Below, piece after piece: positions 43,659-54,977 of a stretch of DNA of 62,903 bases. The notes below the pieces were generated by a model. It did not search any database. It worked only from the letters and a program-made list of their open reading frames with translations, and was not told the DNA's origin. The translations under genes were made by a program, and so were the position numbers. Each line of letters starts with the position of its first letter. Within the stretch, counting starts at the first letter, position 1. Source of the DNA: an uncultured Oxalobacter sp. (GTDB lineage Bacteria; Pseudomonadota; Gammaproteobacteria; Burkholderiales; Burkholderiaceae_D); NCBI GenBank assembly GCA_964602435.1, contig CAZRQR010000001.1:1-62903 (forward strand), read 5' to 3'.

Positions 43659-46403
43659 ATGAACAAACTGTTGTTGTTAGTTGACGGTTCCAGTTACCTT
43701 TATCGTGCCTACCATGCCCTACCGGATCTGCGTAATGCCGAAGGTGAGCCGACCGGAGCCATTTACGGTTTTCTGAATATGCTGCATCGCCTGCAAAAGG
43801 ATTATCCCACAGCCTACGTTGCCTGTATATTCGACGCAAAAGGCAAAACTTTCCGCAACGAGCTCTATCAGGAATACAAGGCAAACCGTGCCGCCATGCC
43901 TGATGATCTGGTCAAACAGATTGCTCCTATTCATGAACTGGTCAGAATGCTCGGCTGGCCGGTTCTGTCTGTCGAAGGTATTGAAGCAGATGATGTCATA
44001 GGTACTCTTGTCACCATTGCAAGCCGGGAAGGATTTAATACCGTTGTCTCGACAGGTGACAAGGATATGTCCCAACTGGTGAATGATCGGGTAACACTGG
44101 TCAATACCATGAGCAATGAAATCATGGATACGGAAGGCGTCATCAGAAAATTCGGTGTTCCGCCAGACCGGATAATCGACTACCTTTCCCTGACCGGCGA
44201 TACATCGGACAATATTCCGGGTGTCAGCAAGGTCGGTCCGAAGACAGCTGTCAAATGGCTTGCACAGTACGGTTCTCTGGATGGCGTGATTGAAAATGCG
44301 GAAAACATCAAGGGAATGACCGGTGACAATTTGCGGAAATCGCTCGACTGGCTCCCGCAGGCACGAAAACTGGTTACCATCCGGACAAATTGCGATCTGG
44401 GCAGTCAATTCCGGTCAATCAATGAAACACTTGTCAAAAAAACGGAAGATATCGCAGGGCTGAAAAAAGCCTATGAGCGCTACGGTTTCAAAAGCTGGCT
44501 GCGGGAACTGAATGCCGTTCATCAGGAAAAAAACGATATTCAGGATCAATTCGAATTATTCGGCCATTCCGGTTCAAAACCGGACAGGTTCATCGGAACA
44601 CCGGAATATGAAACCGTATTGACCGAAAAACAGCTTGAAGACTGGATTCACCGGATTGATACAGCCGCGCTGACTTCGCTGGATACGGAAACGACATCGC
44701 TGGATTCCATGAAAGCAAGGCTGGTGGGTATTTCTCTTTCTGTCAAACCGGGTTATGCGGCTTATATACCGCTTTCCCATCATACGATCGAACCCGTCAG
44801 GCAGTTATCCGTTGATTACGTTCTTGGAAAACTGAAAAACTGGCTGGAAAATCCCGGCAAAAAGAAAGTCGGCCAGAATCTCAAATACGACTGTCACATT
44901 TTCGCCAATTACAATATCCGCCTGCAGGGTATCGAGCATGATACCCTGCTCGAATCCTATGTGCTGGAATCGCACAGACGCCATGATATGGACAGTCTGT
45001 CTGAACGACTGCTCGGACACAAACCGATTGGCTATGAAGAAATTTGCGGCAAAGGTGCTTCCCAAATCGGTTTCGACCAGATCGAACTGGATCGCGCAAC
45101 CCTATACGCTGCGGAAGATGCCGACGTCACGTTGCAACTGCACGAAAACATGTGGTCCCGAATTGAAAAAAATGAGGGTTTGCGTTTCATTTACGAAAAA
45201 ATCGAAATGCCGACTCTTGTCGTCCTGCAAAAGATGGAACGTAATGGCGTTCTGATCGATCCCGAACGTCTTTTAAGGCAATCTTCGGAACTCGGCACCA
45301 AAATGGACGAGCTGGAAAAGAAAGCCTATTCAGCTGCAGGACAGATTTTCAATCTGAATTCACCCAAACAGTTGGCCGAGATTCTTTTCGACAAACTGCG
45401 ACTTCCGATGGTCAAAAAAACACCATCGGGCGCACCCTCGACCAGTGAAGAAGTCCTTGAAAAACTGGCATTCGATTATCCTTTGCCCAGAATCATTCTG
45501 GATTACAGGGGAATGGCGAAACTCAAGTCGACCTATACGGACAAACTGCCCAGAATGATCAATCCCGAAACCGGGCGGGTCCATACCAATTATGCACAGG
45601 CCGTTGCCGTTACCGGACGTCTTGCGTCAAGTGATCCCAATCTCCAGAATATTCCTGTCAAAACGGAAGAGGGCAGAAGAATCCGGGAAGCGTTCATAGC
45701 ACCCGAAGGTTGTTATATCGTTTCAGCCGACTATTCACAGATCGAACTGAGAATCATGGCGCACCTGTCAGGCGATGCCAACCTTCTCAAGGCTTTCCAT
45801 GACGGGCAGGATGTCCATCGCGCAACGGCAGCGGAACTGTTCGATATCACTCCGCTGGAAGTCAATCCTGAACAACGTCGTTATGCCAAAGTCATCAATT
45901 TCGGTCTGATCTATGGCATGAGTGCCTTTGGCGTCGCTTCCAATCTCGGAATCAGCCGGACCGATGCCAAAAACTATATCGACCGCTATTTCCAGCGTTA
46001 TCCGGGTGTTGCGCAATACATGGATGATATTCGCCGGACTGCCAGAGAACAGGGATATGTCGAAACCGTTTTTGGCAGAAGACTCTGGCTTCCTGAAATC
46101 AATTCACCGAACGGGCCTCGCCGCCAGGCCGCAGAACGAGCTGCCATCAATGCGCCCATGCAGGGTACGGCAGCGGATATTATCAAGTTATCCATGATAG
46201 AAGTGGAAAACTGGATAGAAAACAAACAGCTTGGAACGAAACTGGTTATGCAGGTTCATGATGAACTGGTTCTGGAAGTTCCCGAAAAAGAACTGGATCT
46301 GGTCAGAAAAAAATTGCCGGAATTGATGGGCGGCGTCGCACAGCTGAAAGTACCGCTGATTACTGAAGTCGGATTCGGAAAAAACTGGGATGAAGCACAT
46401 TGA
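43659..46403 (+). CDS. polA: DNA polymerase I
   Basis: LVDGSSYLYRAYHA 5'-3' exonuclease, DTETT 3'-5' exonuclease, DYSQIELR, KVINFG.IYG, QVHDEL. Confidence 0.99.
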   Translation: MNKLLLLVDGSSYLYRAYHALPDLRNAEGEPTGAIYGFLNMLHRLQKDYPTAYVACIFDAKGKTFRNELYQEYKANRAAMPDDLVKQIAPIHELVRMLGWPVLSVEGIEADDVIGTLVTIASREGFNTVVSTGDKDMSQLVNDRVTLVNTMSNEIMDTEGVIRKFGVPPDRIIDYLSLTGDTSDNIPGVSKVGPKTAVKWLAQYGSLDGVIENAENIKGMTGDNLRKSLDWLPQARKLVTIRTNCDLGSQFRSINETLVKKTEDIAGLKKAYERYGFKSWLRELNAVHQEKNDIQDQFELFGHSGSKPDRFIGTPEYETVLTEKQLEDWIHRIDTAALTSLDTETTSLDSMKARLVGISLSVKPGYAAYIPLSHHTIEPVRQLSVDYVLGKLKNWLENPGKKKVGQNLKYDCHIFANYNIRLQGIEHDTLLESYVLESHRRHDMDSLSERLLGHKPIGYEEICGKGASQIGFDQIELDRATLYAAEDADVTLQLHENMWSRIEKNEGLRFIYEKIEMPTLVVLQKMERNGVLIDPERLLRQSSELGTKMDELEKKAYSAAGQIFNLNSPKQLAEILFDKLRLPMVKKTPSGAPSTSEEVLEKLAFDYPLPRIILDYRGMAKLKSTYTDKLPRMINPETGRVHTNYAQAVAVTGRLASSDPNLQNIPVKTEEGRRIREAFIAPEGCYIVSADYSQIELRIMAHLSGDANLLKAFHDGQDVHRATAAELFDITPLEVNPEQRRYAKVINFGLIYGMSAFGVASNLGISRTDAKNYIDRYFQRYPGVAQYMDDIRRTAREQGYVETVFGRRLWLPEINSPNGPRRQAAERAAINAPMQGTAADIIKLSMIEVENWIENKQLGTKLVMQVHDELVLEVPEKELDLVRKKLPELMGGVAQLKVPLITEVGFGKNWDEAH

Positions 46404-46411
46404 TCCGGTTC

Positions 46412-47353
46412 TCATCCGGTTTTCCGTGCTATTGTCTTTCTGGCTTCTCCATAGGTTTTCATGGTAGAAGCCATTTTGTGGCGGACATCGAAAAAGGTTG
46501 TGGAAATACCGCTTCCCAAAATGACGATGATACCAAGCCAACCTGCCCATCCGAGAAAATCTTCCCATATCAGAATCCCCCAGATGCTGGAAAAGACAAT
46601 ACCGGAATATTGCAGATTGGCAGTAACCAGTGTTTTTCCAAGGTGATAGGCACGCGTCATGGCCATCTGGCCGACTGCGGCAAATATTCCGATCAATGTC
46701 AGCAACACCACTCCCCGGACACTATGACTGTGGAATGCAATACCGTCACTTCCCGGCAAATGCGCACATAATACGGAAATAACGGCACCACCCACTGTGC
46801 CGATCATGCAAAAATAAAATACCACGCGATATTCCGGCTCACCAAGATTGCCGAGATGCCTTACCTGAAGATACGCCAGAGCGGCAAGGACGCCAGATAC
46901 AAGAGCGACCATTCCTGCCTGCCACTGATCCGCACTAATTGTCGGCTGCAACAACAAAATAACGCCCGCGAAACTGGCAACAATGGCACAGACCAGCCTC
47001 CATTCAAACCGGACCCGCCCGTGATACAAACCGATACCAAATAGAATGCCGGCGATCCAGATCGGCGACATGTAATTCAGCGTCATCGCCGTCGCAAGCG
47101 GCAATCCCCTGAATGAAAAAAACCAGAGACCGAAAGCTGTCGCACCGACAACACCACGCCACAAATGCTGGAAAGGATAAGCGGTTCTGAAAGAACCTCC
47201 TCTGGCACTGACCATGCAACCCAGAAAAAGTGCGCCGACCAGACTTCTGTACATCACGATTTCAGGAGTTGAATAATCTTCAGATACCAACTTCACGCAA
47301 ACTCCCATCAGGGAAAAAAGAAACGTTGCGAAAAGCATCCAGAGAGACTGCAT
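46412..47353 (-). CDS. DMT/EamA family transporter
   Basis: About 10 TM helices in two EamA repeats; LNYMSPIW, GQ.AMTRAY. Confidence 0.9.
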   Translation of the reverse strand: MQSLWMLFATFLFSLMGVCVKLVSEDYSTPEIVMYRSLVGALFLGCMVSARGGSFRTAYPFQHLWRGVVGATAFGLWFFSFRGLPLATAMTLNYMSPIWIAGILFGIGLYHGRVRFEWRLVCAIVASFAGVILLLQPTISADQWQAGMVALVSGVLAALAYLQVRHLGNLGEPEYRVVFYFCMIGTVGGAVISVLCAHLPGSDGIAFHSHSVRGVVLLTLIGIFAAVGQMAMTRAYHLGKTLVTANLQYSGIVFSSIWGILIWEDFLGWAGWLGIIVILGSGISTTFFDVRHKMASTMKTYGEARKTIARKTG

Positions 47354-47570
47354 TTAAAAAAACCTGCAAAGAACGGCGACAATACAAACTGTGACGGAAA
47401 AATCCGGTTACACGGCATTTTGTCCTGAAAAGAAGCCGGAATACCGTACACCGGAAAACCTGTCAAAACGGCTCATGGCGTATAATGACAAATTCTGGCA
47501 AAAATAATAACGTCTTATTTTCATTGAATTTTACACCTTCTTTACAACAAACCTGCGATATCTGCTTCTT

Positions 47571-47825
47571 ATGTCTAATGATAATCACGATAAAAAAGAC
47601 CTTTCCTTCGAACAGGCTCTTGCAGAACTGGGGCAACTGGTAACGAAACTGGAAGCAGGTGAACTTTCACTGGAATCATCTATCGATGCATACCGAAAGG
47701 GAGTCGAACTGGTCAGGTTCTGTACGGCCCAGCTGGATAAGGTCGAAAAACAGATCCGGATACTGGATGAAGAACTTCTAAAACCTTTCACTCCCGAAAA
47801 CCGGAACGGAGATGAAAATGACTGA
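47571..47825 (+). CDS. xseB: Exodeoxyribonuclease VII small subunit
   Basis: SFEQAL.EL..LV.KLE.GEL.LE.S...Y..G. Confidence 0.95.
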   Translation: MSNDNHDKKDLSFEQALAELGQLVTKLEAGELSLESSIDAYRKGVELVRFCTAQLDKVEKQIRILDEELLKPFTPENRNGDEND

Positions 47826-48705
47826 ACCTTTCGATGTCTGGATGCAATCCGTGCAGTCGGTTATGGAAGAAAACCTTTCCGGACTGTTACCGCAAGAAAA
47901 CCGGATTCCGCAACAGTTGCACAAGGCCATGCGTTATGCGGTTCTGGATGGAGGCAAGCGAATCCGTCCATTGCTGGTTTTCGCGACCGGGACATTGTTT
48001 GATGCCAAACCGGCAATCATGGTACAGGTTGCATCGGCCGTTGAAATGATTCATGCTTATTCCCTGATTCACGACGATATGCCCTGTATGGACAACGATG
48101 TCTTGAGACGCGGAAAACCTACCGTTCATGTCAAATTCGGTGAGGCAATGGCGCTACTGGCCGGAGATGCCCTTCAGGCACAGGCTTTCATCGTTCTGTC
48201 AAACGTGAATGACGATGCGGTACTGACTGTAAAGCGATATCAGGTACTCTCGGAAGCAGCCGGTTCCCTAGGAATGTGCGGGGGTCAGTCCATCGATCTG
48301 GACAGTACAGGAAAACAACTTTCCGTCGAGCAACTGGAACAGATGCATCGCCTGAAAACGGGTGCCCTTCTCAAGGCATCGGTCATGCTGGGAGCATTGT
48401 CCGCAAAAATACCTTCTTCTGAAGAAAACAGGGCACTGGAAGATTATGCAAAGGCAACGGGACTTGCATTTCAGGTGGTTGACGACATTCTGGATGTAAC
48501 GACCGACCAGAAAGAACTGGGAAAAACTCCCGGAAAAGATGTCATGAATAACAAACCCACATATGTTTCGTTGCTCGGGCTTGAAAATTCCGAAAAACTG
48601 GCCGAACAATTACGCTGCCAGGCACACGATGCCCTGAAATTCTTTGGAAAAAAAGCGGACTATTTAAGGGAACTCGCTGACCTGATAGTAAACCGGAAAA
48701 AATAA
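47812..48705 (+). CDS. ispA: Farnesyl diphosphate synthase
   Basis: [39 protein letters not shown]. Confidence 0.95.
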   Translation: MKMTEPFDVWMQSVQSVMEENLSGLLPQENRIPQQLHKAMRYAVLDGGKRIRPLLVFATGTLFDAKPAIMVQVASAVEMIHAYSLIHDDMPCMDNDVLRRGKPTVHVKFGEAMALLAGDALQAQAFIVLSNVNDDAVLTVKRYQVLSEAAGSLGMCGGQSIDLDSTGKQLSVEQLEQMHRLKTGALLKASVMLGALSAKIPSSEENRALEDYAKATGLAFQVVDDILDVTTDQKELGKTPGKDVMNNKPTYVSLLGLENSEKLAEQLRCQAHDALKFFGKKADYLRELADLIVNRKK

Positions 48706-50576
48706 TGGAATTGTTAGATACCATAAACAATCCTGCAGATCTCAGAAAATTGCCGTTCTCCGATCTGGGAAAACTGGCTGCTGAACTGCGTGATTATATT
48801 ATCCAGTCCGTTTCAAAAACGGGTGGCCATCTTTCATCCAATCTGGGTACCGTAGAACTGACCATTGCATTGCATTACGTATTTGACACGCCGACCGACA
48901 GACTGATCTGGGATGTTGGCCATCAGAGTTATGCGCACAAGATTCTGACCGGCCGAAAAGACCGCATGAAAACATTGCGGCAATGGGGAGGTATGTCCGG
49001 TTTTCCGAAAAGGGACGAAAGCGAATATGATGCTTTCGGAACGGCCCATTCGTCAACATCCATTTCCGCAGCGCTCGGCATGGCTCTCGCGGCCAGACTG
49101 AAAAAGGAAAACTATACATCAATCGCAGTAATCGGTGACGGAGCCATTACAGGCGGAATGGCATTTGAAGCCATGAATAACGTCGGCATTTATGACGATA
49201 TCAGACTGCTTGTCATTTTGAATGACAACGACATGTCCATATCGCCGCCGGTTGGCGCCCTGAACCGCTATCTCGCCCGGCTGATGTCCGGCAAATTCTA
49301 TGCCACGGCCAAAAACGTCGGAAGAACCGTTTTGCGTGGCCCCATGCTTGAAATCGCCAAACGGTTCGAGGAACATGCAAAAGGACTGATTGCGCCTGCA
49401 ACCCTTTTTGAGGAATTCGGATTCAATTATGTCGGACCTATTGACGGTCATGATCTGGAATTGCTTGTTCCGACCTTACAAAACCTGAAACAGCGGACAG
49501 GTCCACAATTCCTTCATATTGTCACCAAAAAGGGACATGGCTACAAACTGGCAGAAGCCGATCCGGTCTTGTACCACGGCCTTGGAAAATTCAGCCTTGA
49601 AGAGGGCATAAAGCCTTCCTCCGGCCTGAAACCGACTTATGCCGATGTTTTCGGCGAATGGCTGTGCGATATGGCGGCAACCGACGGAAAACTGATTGGA
49701 ATCACTCCGGCTATGCGGGAAGGATCGGGAATGGTCAGATTTGCGAATGATTACCCGGACCGTTTTTTCGATGTCGGTATTGCGGAACAGCATGCCGTCA
49801 CTTTCGCAGCCGGACTGGCCTGCGAAGGATTCAAGCCGGTGGTCGCAATCTATTCGACTTTCCTGCAAAGAGCATACGACCAGCTTATCCATGATGTCGC
49901 CTTGCAGAATCTCGACGTGACGTTTGCACTCGACCGTTCCGGTCTGGTCGGCGCTGATGGCGCGACACATGCCGGAAATTATGATATGGCCTATTTGAGA
50001 TGTATTCCGAATATGGTCATTATGGCTCCTTGCGACGAGAACGAGTTACGCCAGATGCTGACAACCGCATTTTCATACAATGGACCTGCTGCCGTGCGCT
50101 ATCCTCGTGGAACAGGTATCGGAATTCCCGTACAGAAAGAATTCATTTCCCTGCCGATCGGAAAAGGAAAAATCCTCAGAAAAGGCAAGCATGTCGCCAT
50201 TCTCGCATTCGGTACCATGGTCGCACCCGGTTTGGCTGCAGGAGAATCAATAGACGCTACTGTTGTCAACATGCGCTTTATCAAGCCGATTGACAAAAAC
50301 CTCATTCTTGAAATGGCACAAACCCATCATGCTCTCGTAACAGTTGAAGAGGGAACTGTTTCAGGAGGTGCAGGTTCCGCTGTCATAGAAGCGCTTGCGG
50401 AAGAAGGAATGACGAATCCCGTTCTTTTGCTTGGTCTGCCCGACAAATTCATAGATCACGGAGATGTAAGCCTGTTACTTGCCATGCACAAACTTGATAA
50501 AAATGGCATCATTACATCAATTCAGGAACGCTTTGGAAAATTCACCGATTCTTCCGGTTGCGACTGTATCGGGTAA
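48705..50576 (+). CDS. dxs: 1-deoxy-D-xylulose-5-phosphate synthase
   Basis: [35 protein letters not shown]; TAATG overlap with ispA. Confidence 0.98.
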   Translation: MELLDTINNPADLRKLPFSDLGKLAAELRDYIIQSVSKTGGHLSSNLGTVELTIALHYVFDTPTDRLIWDVGHQSYAHKILTGRKDRMKTLRQWGGMSGFPKRDESEYDAFGTAHSSTSISAALGMALAARLKKENYTSIAVIGDGAITGGMAFEAMNNVGIYDDIRLLVILNDNDMSISPPVGALNRYLARLMSGKFYATAKNVGRTVLRGPMLEIAKRFEEHAKGLIAPATLFEEFGFNYVGPIDGHDLELLVPTLQNLKQRTGPQFLHIVTKKGHGYKLAEADPVLYHGLGKFSLEEGIKPSSGLKPTYADVFGEWLCDMAATDGKLIGITPAMREGSGMVRFANDYPDRFFDVGIAEQHAVTFAAGLACEGFKPVVAIYSTFLQRAYDQLIHDVALQNLDVTFALDRSGLVGADGATHAGNYDMAYLRCIPNMVIMAPCDENELRQMLTTAFSYNGPAAVRYPRGTGIGIPVQKEFISLPIGKGKILRKGKHVAILAFGTMVAPGLAAGESIDATVVNMRFIKPIDKNLILEMAQTHHALVTVEEGTVSGGAGSAVIEALAEEGMTNPVLLLGLPDKFIDHGDVSLLLAMHKLDKNGIITSIQERFGKFTDSSGCDCIG

Positions 50577-50697
50577 TTTTCTGTATAGCGCTTTTTAAGG
50601 TTAAATAATGAATTTCAGAGATACCCACTCTTTTGATTATAACTGGGATGATTGTTCAAATACCCATGCAACAATAACCAGCCCATCAGCTACAAAA

Positions 50698-51504
50698 ATG
50701 AATTCCGATATCCTTTCCATTCCGGACGTTCAAAGTACTCTGGATACCAGACACATCGCCATACAGAAAGTCGGTGTCAAGGGGGTCCGCCATCCTTTAC
50801 GGATCCAGACAAAGAACGGAATCCAGTCATCTGTCGGTACCTGGAATATGTATGTGCGTTTGCCCGACCAGAAAAAAGGTACGCATATGTCCCGTTTTAT
50901 CGCTCTTCTTGAAGAATTTACAGGTTCCAGCTCAGAACCACTGAATATCGGGATTTTCGGCCAGTTGATCCGTGATATGCTGAAATTGCTGGATGCAGAA
51001 TCCGGATGCATCGAACTGTCGTTTCCCTTTTTCATGACGAAAACCGCTCCTGTTTCCGGAGTCAGAAGTCTGATGGATTACGAAGTCGGGTTCACTGGCG
51101 AAATAAAAGAAGGCATCCTTGAAACGACTCTGAAAGTGCTTGTTCCGGTTACAAGCCTTTGTCCCTGTTCCAAGGAAATTTCCGCTTATGGAGCTCACAA
51201 CCAGAGATCCCATATAACGGTCAAGGCTCTCCTGAAGGACGATCTTCCCGCAGAAGATCTCATAAGCCGTATCGAAGCACAGGCATCTTGTGAATTGTTT
51301 GGCCTTCTGAAACGTCCAGACGAAAAATACGTTACCGAACATGCCTATGACAACCCGAAATTCGTCGAGGATCTGGTACGTGATGTTGCATGCATGCTGA
51401 ACAAGGACGACCGGATAATAGCATATACCCTCGAAGCGGAAAATTTTGAATCGATTCACAACCATTCCGCTTATGCATGCATCGAATTCGACAAGCGACT
51501 CTGA
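50698..51504 (+). CDS. folE2: GTP cyclohydrolase FolE2 (type IB)
   Basis: [38 protein letters not shown]; start 50698 preferred. Confidence 0.96.
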   Translation: MNSDILSIPDVQSTLDTRHIAIQKVGVKGVRHPLRIQTKNGIQSSVGTWNMYVRLPDQKKGTHMSRFIALLEEFTGSSSEPLNIGIFGQLIRDMLKLLDAESGCIELSFPFFMTKTAPVSGVRSLMDYEVGFTGEIKEGILETTLKVLVPVTSLCPCSKEISAYGAHNQRSHITVKALLKDDLPAEDLISRIEAQASCELFGLLKRPDEKYVTEHAYDNPKFVEDLVRDVACMLNKDDRIIAYTLEAENFESIHNHSAYACIEFDKRL

Positions 51505-51510
51505 TAAAGC

Positions 51511-52056
51511 CTATCTTTTCCAGCAAACATCGGAGTGGTTGGCCAACTGGTTGGCCAACCGTCCAAAAACAAAAAAAAGATCGGACAGACGGTTGAGATA
51601 GCGTATCCATAGAGGCGATATCCCTTCCTCTCCTGAAAGAGCCACAATACTCCGTTCCGCACGCCGGCACACGCATCTTGCAAAATGTAACAAGGCAGCG
51701 GATCGTGTCCCGCCCGGCAATATGAACTCTTTCAATAGTGGCAATGTCCTGTTCCCGGACAGGATTTTCTGCTCAATACGTTCGATCTGTCTTTCATCGA
51801 CAGAAGTATCCTGCCCTGTCGCCATTGCCAATCCGGCACCAAGACTGAACAGTTCGTTCTGGATCAATACCAGTTCAGCATTGATTTCCTCGGAAACATT
51901 TTCAGATACAACCAGACCAATAACCGAATTCAATTCATCAACATCGCCAAGAGCATTTATCCTCAAACTGTCCTTCCCAACCCGGCTGCCGTTTGCAAGA
52001 CCTGTTTCTCCCTTGTCGCCTGTTCTCGTCGTAACACTTGATATACGGTTCCCCAT
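51511..52056 (-). CDS. PduO-type cob(I)alamin adenosyltransferase
   Basis: TRTGDKG.TGL, GDVDELNS, FILPGG, RRAER, YLNRLSD. Confidence 0.93.
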   Translation of the reverse strand: MGNRISSVTTRTGDKGETGLANGSRVGKDSLRINALGDVDELNSVIGLVVSENVSEEINAELVLIQNELFSLGAGLAMATGQDTSVDERQIERIEQKILSGNRTLPLLKEFILPGGTRSAALLHFARCVCRRAERSIVALSGEEGISPLWIRYLNRLSDLFFVFGRLANQLANHSDVCWKR

Positions 52057-52135
52057 CTGAATACCCTGCCATAAAAAATCTGAACAAAACCACCAAATAA
52101 AATAAAATGAAATTTTCAGAAACGAAATTCTCATT

Positions 52136-53182
52136 ATGCCGCAATCATATATGCAATCATTAACGATTATCCAGCCGGATGACTGGCACCTTCATCTCAG
52201 GGACGGAAACGTACTCGATTCGACTGTACCTCAAGCCGCGAAACAGTTCAGGCGGGCTATCATCATGCCCAACTTGCGTCCCCCCATCACAACGACAAAG
52301 GACGCCATTTCATACAGGCAAAGAATAATGGATTCCCTCCCGGAAGGAAATCAGTTCGAACCGCTCATGACCCTGTACCTGACCGATAACACACGACCGG
52401 AAGAAATAAAAACCGCCAAGGTGAGCGGAATCATTCATGGTGTGAAACTTTATCCGGCAGGCGCAACGACCAATTCCGATGCCGGTGTGACATCGCTTGA
52501 CAACTGCATCGAAACTCTGGAAGAAATGCAAAAACAGGGTATTCCGCTTTTGATGCACGGCGAAGTGACTGATCCGGAAATTGACATATTCGACAGGGAA
52601 GCCGTTTTTATTGACAAGATCCTGATACCACTCCGAAAAAAACTTCCAGATCTTAAAATCGTTTTTGAACATATCACGACCAAAGCGGCAGCCGAATATG
52701 TAACAGATGCTGAAGGATATATCGGTGCAACTGTCACGCCACATCATTTGCTGTTTAACCGAAACAGCCTGTTTGCAGGTGGTATTCGTCCCCATTATTA
52801 CTGCCTGCCTGTTCTGAAACGAGAAGAAAACAGAAAAGCATTGATCAGGGCCGTCACTCACAGAAATACCCGTTTTTTTGCTGGAACGGACTCCGCTCCC
52901 CATGCACGTGATACAAAAGAAAATGCCTGCGGATGTGCCGGTTGCTATACGGCATCACACGCTATCGAATTGTATGTGAAAGTTTTCGAGGAAGCCGGAC
53001 AACTGGACAAGCTGGAACGGTTCACCAGTATCAATGGACCGAAATTCTACAATTTGCCAATCAACAGAAACAAAATCACCCTGACAAAAGAAAAGTGGCA
53101 AATTCCGGAAGATTTGCCCTTCGGACAAAACAGAGTCGTTCCGCTTATGGCAGGAGAATTTCTCGACTGGAAACTAAAATAA
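52136..53182 (+). CDS. pyrC: Dihydroorotase (homodimeric type)
   Basis: PDDWHLHLRD, MPNL, KLYPAGATTNS, HGEV, EHITT, GTDSAPH; start may be 52151. Confidence 0.97.
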   Translation: MPQSYMQSLTIIQPDDWHLHLRDGNVLDSTVPQAAKQFRRAIIMPNLRPPITTTKDAISYRQRIMDSLPEGNQFEPLMTLYLTDNTRPEEIKTAKVSGIIHGVKLYPAGATTNSDAGVTSLDNCIETLEEMQKQGIPLLMHGEVTDPEIDIFDREAVFIDKILIPLRKKLPDLKIVFEHITTKAAAEYVTDAEGYIGATVTPHHLLFNRNSLFAGGIRPHYYCLPVLKREENRKALIRAVTHRNTRFFAGTDSAPHARDTKENACGCAGCYTASHAIELYVKVFEEAGQLDKLERFTSINGPKFYNLPINRNKITLTKEKWQIPEDLPFGQNRVVPLMAGEFLDWKLK

Positions 53183-53195
53183 AAAACGAGCCATC

Positions 53196-53229
53196 AAAAA
53201 GCCGTGCATGACAACATGCACGGCTTTTT
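53196..53229. terminator. Bidirectional terminator between convergent pyrC and malic enzyme genes
   Basis: Perfect 15-bp IR AAAAAGCCGTGCATG-acaa-CATGCACGGCTTTTT. Confidence 0.9.
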
Positions 53230-53246
53230 ATTTTCGAACGAACCCG

Positions 53247-54536
53247 TTACTTCACGGAATCTTTCAGTTTCTGACGATAGGCTTCCATATCAGCGATAGG
53301 TGCCTGTGCAACGCCGGAATCCATGGCGGCTTGCGCGACAGCGGGGGCTACTGTCCACAGCAAACGCGGATCAAACTGGAACGGCAATAGGTAATCTCGA
53401 CCGAAAGTATATTTTTTGCCATACATTGCCTCGATTTCGGGCGGGCATTCCATCTCAGCCAGACTTGCAATAGCTTGGACTGCGGCAAGTTCCATTTCAC
53501 GGTTGATCGTTTTCGCACGGCAATCCAGCGCTCCCCTGAACAGATACGGGAAACACATGGAATTGTTGACCTGGTTCGGATAATCCGAACGACCTGTACC
53601 GACGATCGCATCGTCACGGGTTGCATGCGCCACTTCAGGCAAAATTTCCGGGATCGGATTGGCCATGGCGAAAATAATCGGATCCTTCGCCATCTTCAGA
53701 ACCATTTCAGGTTTCAGGATATTGCCGGCGGAAAGTCCCAGGAAAATATCCGCATCGGGTATGACATCCATCAGGGTGCGGGCGGAAGTATCTTGTGCAT
53801 AAATTTCCTTATCAGGATCCATCAGTTCCTTGCGGCCCTTGTAAACCACGCCCTTGATATCGGTAACCCAGATATTCTTGAGCGGAAATCCCAGATCAAC
53901 CAACAGTTCCAGACAGCCCAGAGCACCAGCGCCTGCACCGGATACAACCATTTTGCAGTCTTTAATATCTTTTCCGACAATCTTCAGGGCATTGAGAATG
54001 GCTGCACCAACGATAACGGCCGTACCATGCTGATCATCGTGGAAAACAGGAATATTCATTCTTTCACGCAGTTTTCTTTCGATATAGAAACATTCCGGTG
54101 CGCGAATGTCCTCCAGATTGATACCACCAAACGTCGGTTCCAGAGAGGCGATGATGTCGCAAAGTTTGTCAGGATCCAGTTCGTTGATTTCAAGGTCAAA
54201 AACGTTGATACCTGCGAATTTCTTGAAAAGAACGCCTTTGCCTTCCATGACGGGTTTGGAAGCCTGTGCTCCGATGTTACCTAGTCCGAGGACGGCTGTC
54301 CCGTTGGATATGACGGCAACCAAATTTCCTTTGGTTGTATAGATATAGGCGTCTTCCGGATTGGCATGAATTTCTTGGCATGCACAGGCTACACCGGGCG
54401 TATAGGCAAGTGCCAGTTCGTTCTGGTCTCTGACCTGTTTGGTTGGTTCAACGCTGATCTTTCCAGGTATCGGAAAACGGTGAAAGGCAAGAGCGTTTTT
54501 TTTGAGCAGCTCTTTTTTCTGATCTTGAGAATTCAT
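53247..54536 (-). CDS. Malic enzyme (MaeB-like catalytic domain, no phosphotransacetylase domain)
   Basis: LAYTPGVA, AVLGLG, KPVMEGK, INLEDI, FHDDQHGTA, GAGAG, GRSDYPNQVNN; start 54536 preferred. Confidence 0.93.
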   Translation of the reverse strand: MNSQDQKKELLKKNALAFHRFPIPGKISVEPTKQVRDQNELALAYTPGVACACQEIHANPEDAYIYTTKGNLVAVISNGTAVLGLGNIGAQASKPVMEGKGVLFKKFAGINVFDLEINELDPDKLCDIIASLEPTFGGINLEDIRAPECFYIERKLRERMNIPVFHDDQHGTAVIVGAAILNALKIVGKDIKDCKMVVSGAGAGALGCLELLVDLGFPLKNIWVTDIKGVVYKGRKELMDPDKEIYAQDTSARTLMDVIPDADIFLGLSAGNILKPEMVLKMAKDPIIFAMANPIPEILPEVAHATRDDAIVGTGRSDYPNQVNNSMCFPYLFRGALDCRAKTINREMELAAVQAIASLAEMECPPEIEAMYGKKYTFGRDYLLPFQFDPRLLWTVAPAVAQAAMDSGVAQAPIADMEAYRQKLKDSVK

Positions 54537-54629
54537 TTCTTTAGTCTTCTTCAATATAAAAGATAAGTTCAAGCAGGTATATCATTTTAGCAGATGGAAC
54601 TGTCAAATCAGAAATACCTGCTGGTTGGT

Positions 54630-54900
54630 AATAGATGGTCTTTTATCTAATTATTCAGATATGTATATAGGAATAATAAGCTACAACCGGTTTGTGTATA
54701 ACTATTTTAATTTATTTAAAATCAATGTGTTATAAAAAATGAACTTTTGGGATAAGTCGAGCATATATTTTGTATATTTTTTCTGGGTCTTTCGACAAAG
54801 TATGTTGTACCCGCCCGACCCACAACTTATCAACAAATTTATCCACATATTTTAATGATTTTTTGTTGTGTTTTGGAATATTTAAAATAAATAGTTGTTT
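54630..54900. other. Chromosomal replication origin oriC
   Basis: AT-rich intergenic region upstream of mnmG; DnaA boxes TGTGTATAA (54693-54701), TTATCAACA (54827-54835, one mismatch) and TTATCCACA (54839-54847); IHF consensus AATCAATGTGTTA (54720-54732). Confidence 0.85.
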
Positions 54901-54961
54901 CAGAATATTTTTTGTGTGAAAACGAACTAAAATACTTCCCTTCTTGTTTTTTTGTTGGATA

Positions 54962-54977
54962 TGTTTCACGTGAAACA
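54962..54977. promoter_or_regulatory. parS centromere site
   Basis: Perfect consensus palindrome TGTTTCACGTGAAACA; parAB about 2.7 kb downstream. Confidence 0.95.

Noticed and set aside
52057-52135. Cobalamin riboswitch upstream of the PduO-type gene
   Set aside because: The spacer is only 79 bp and AT-rich, with no B12-box
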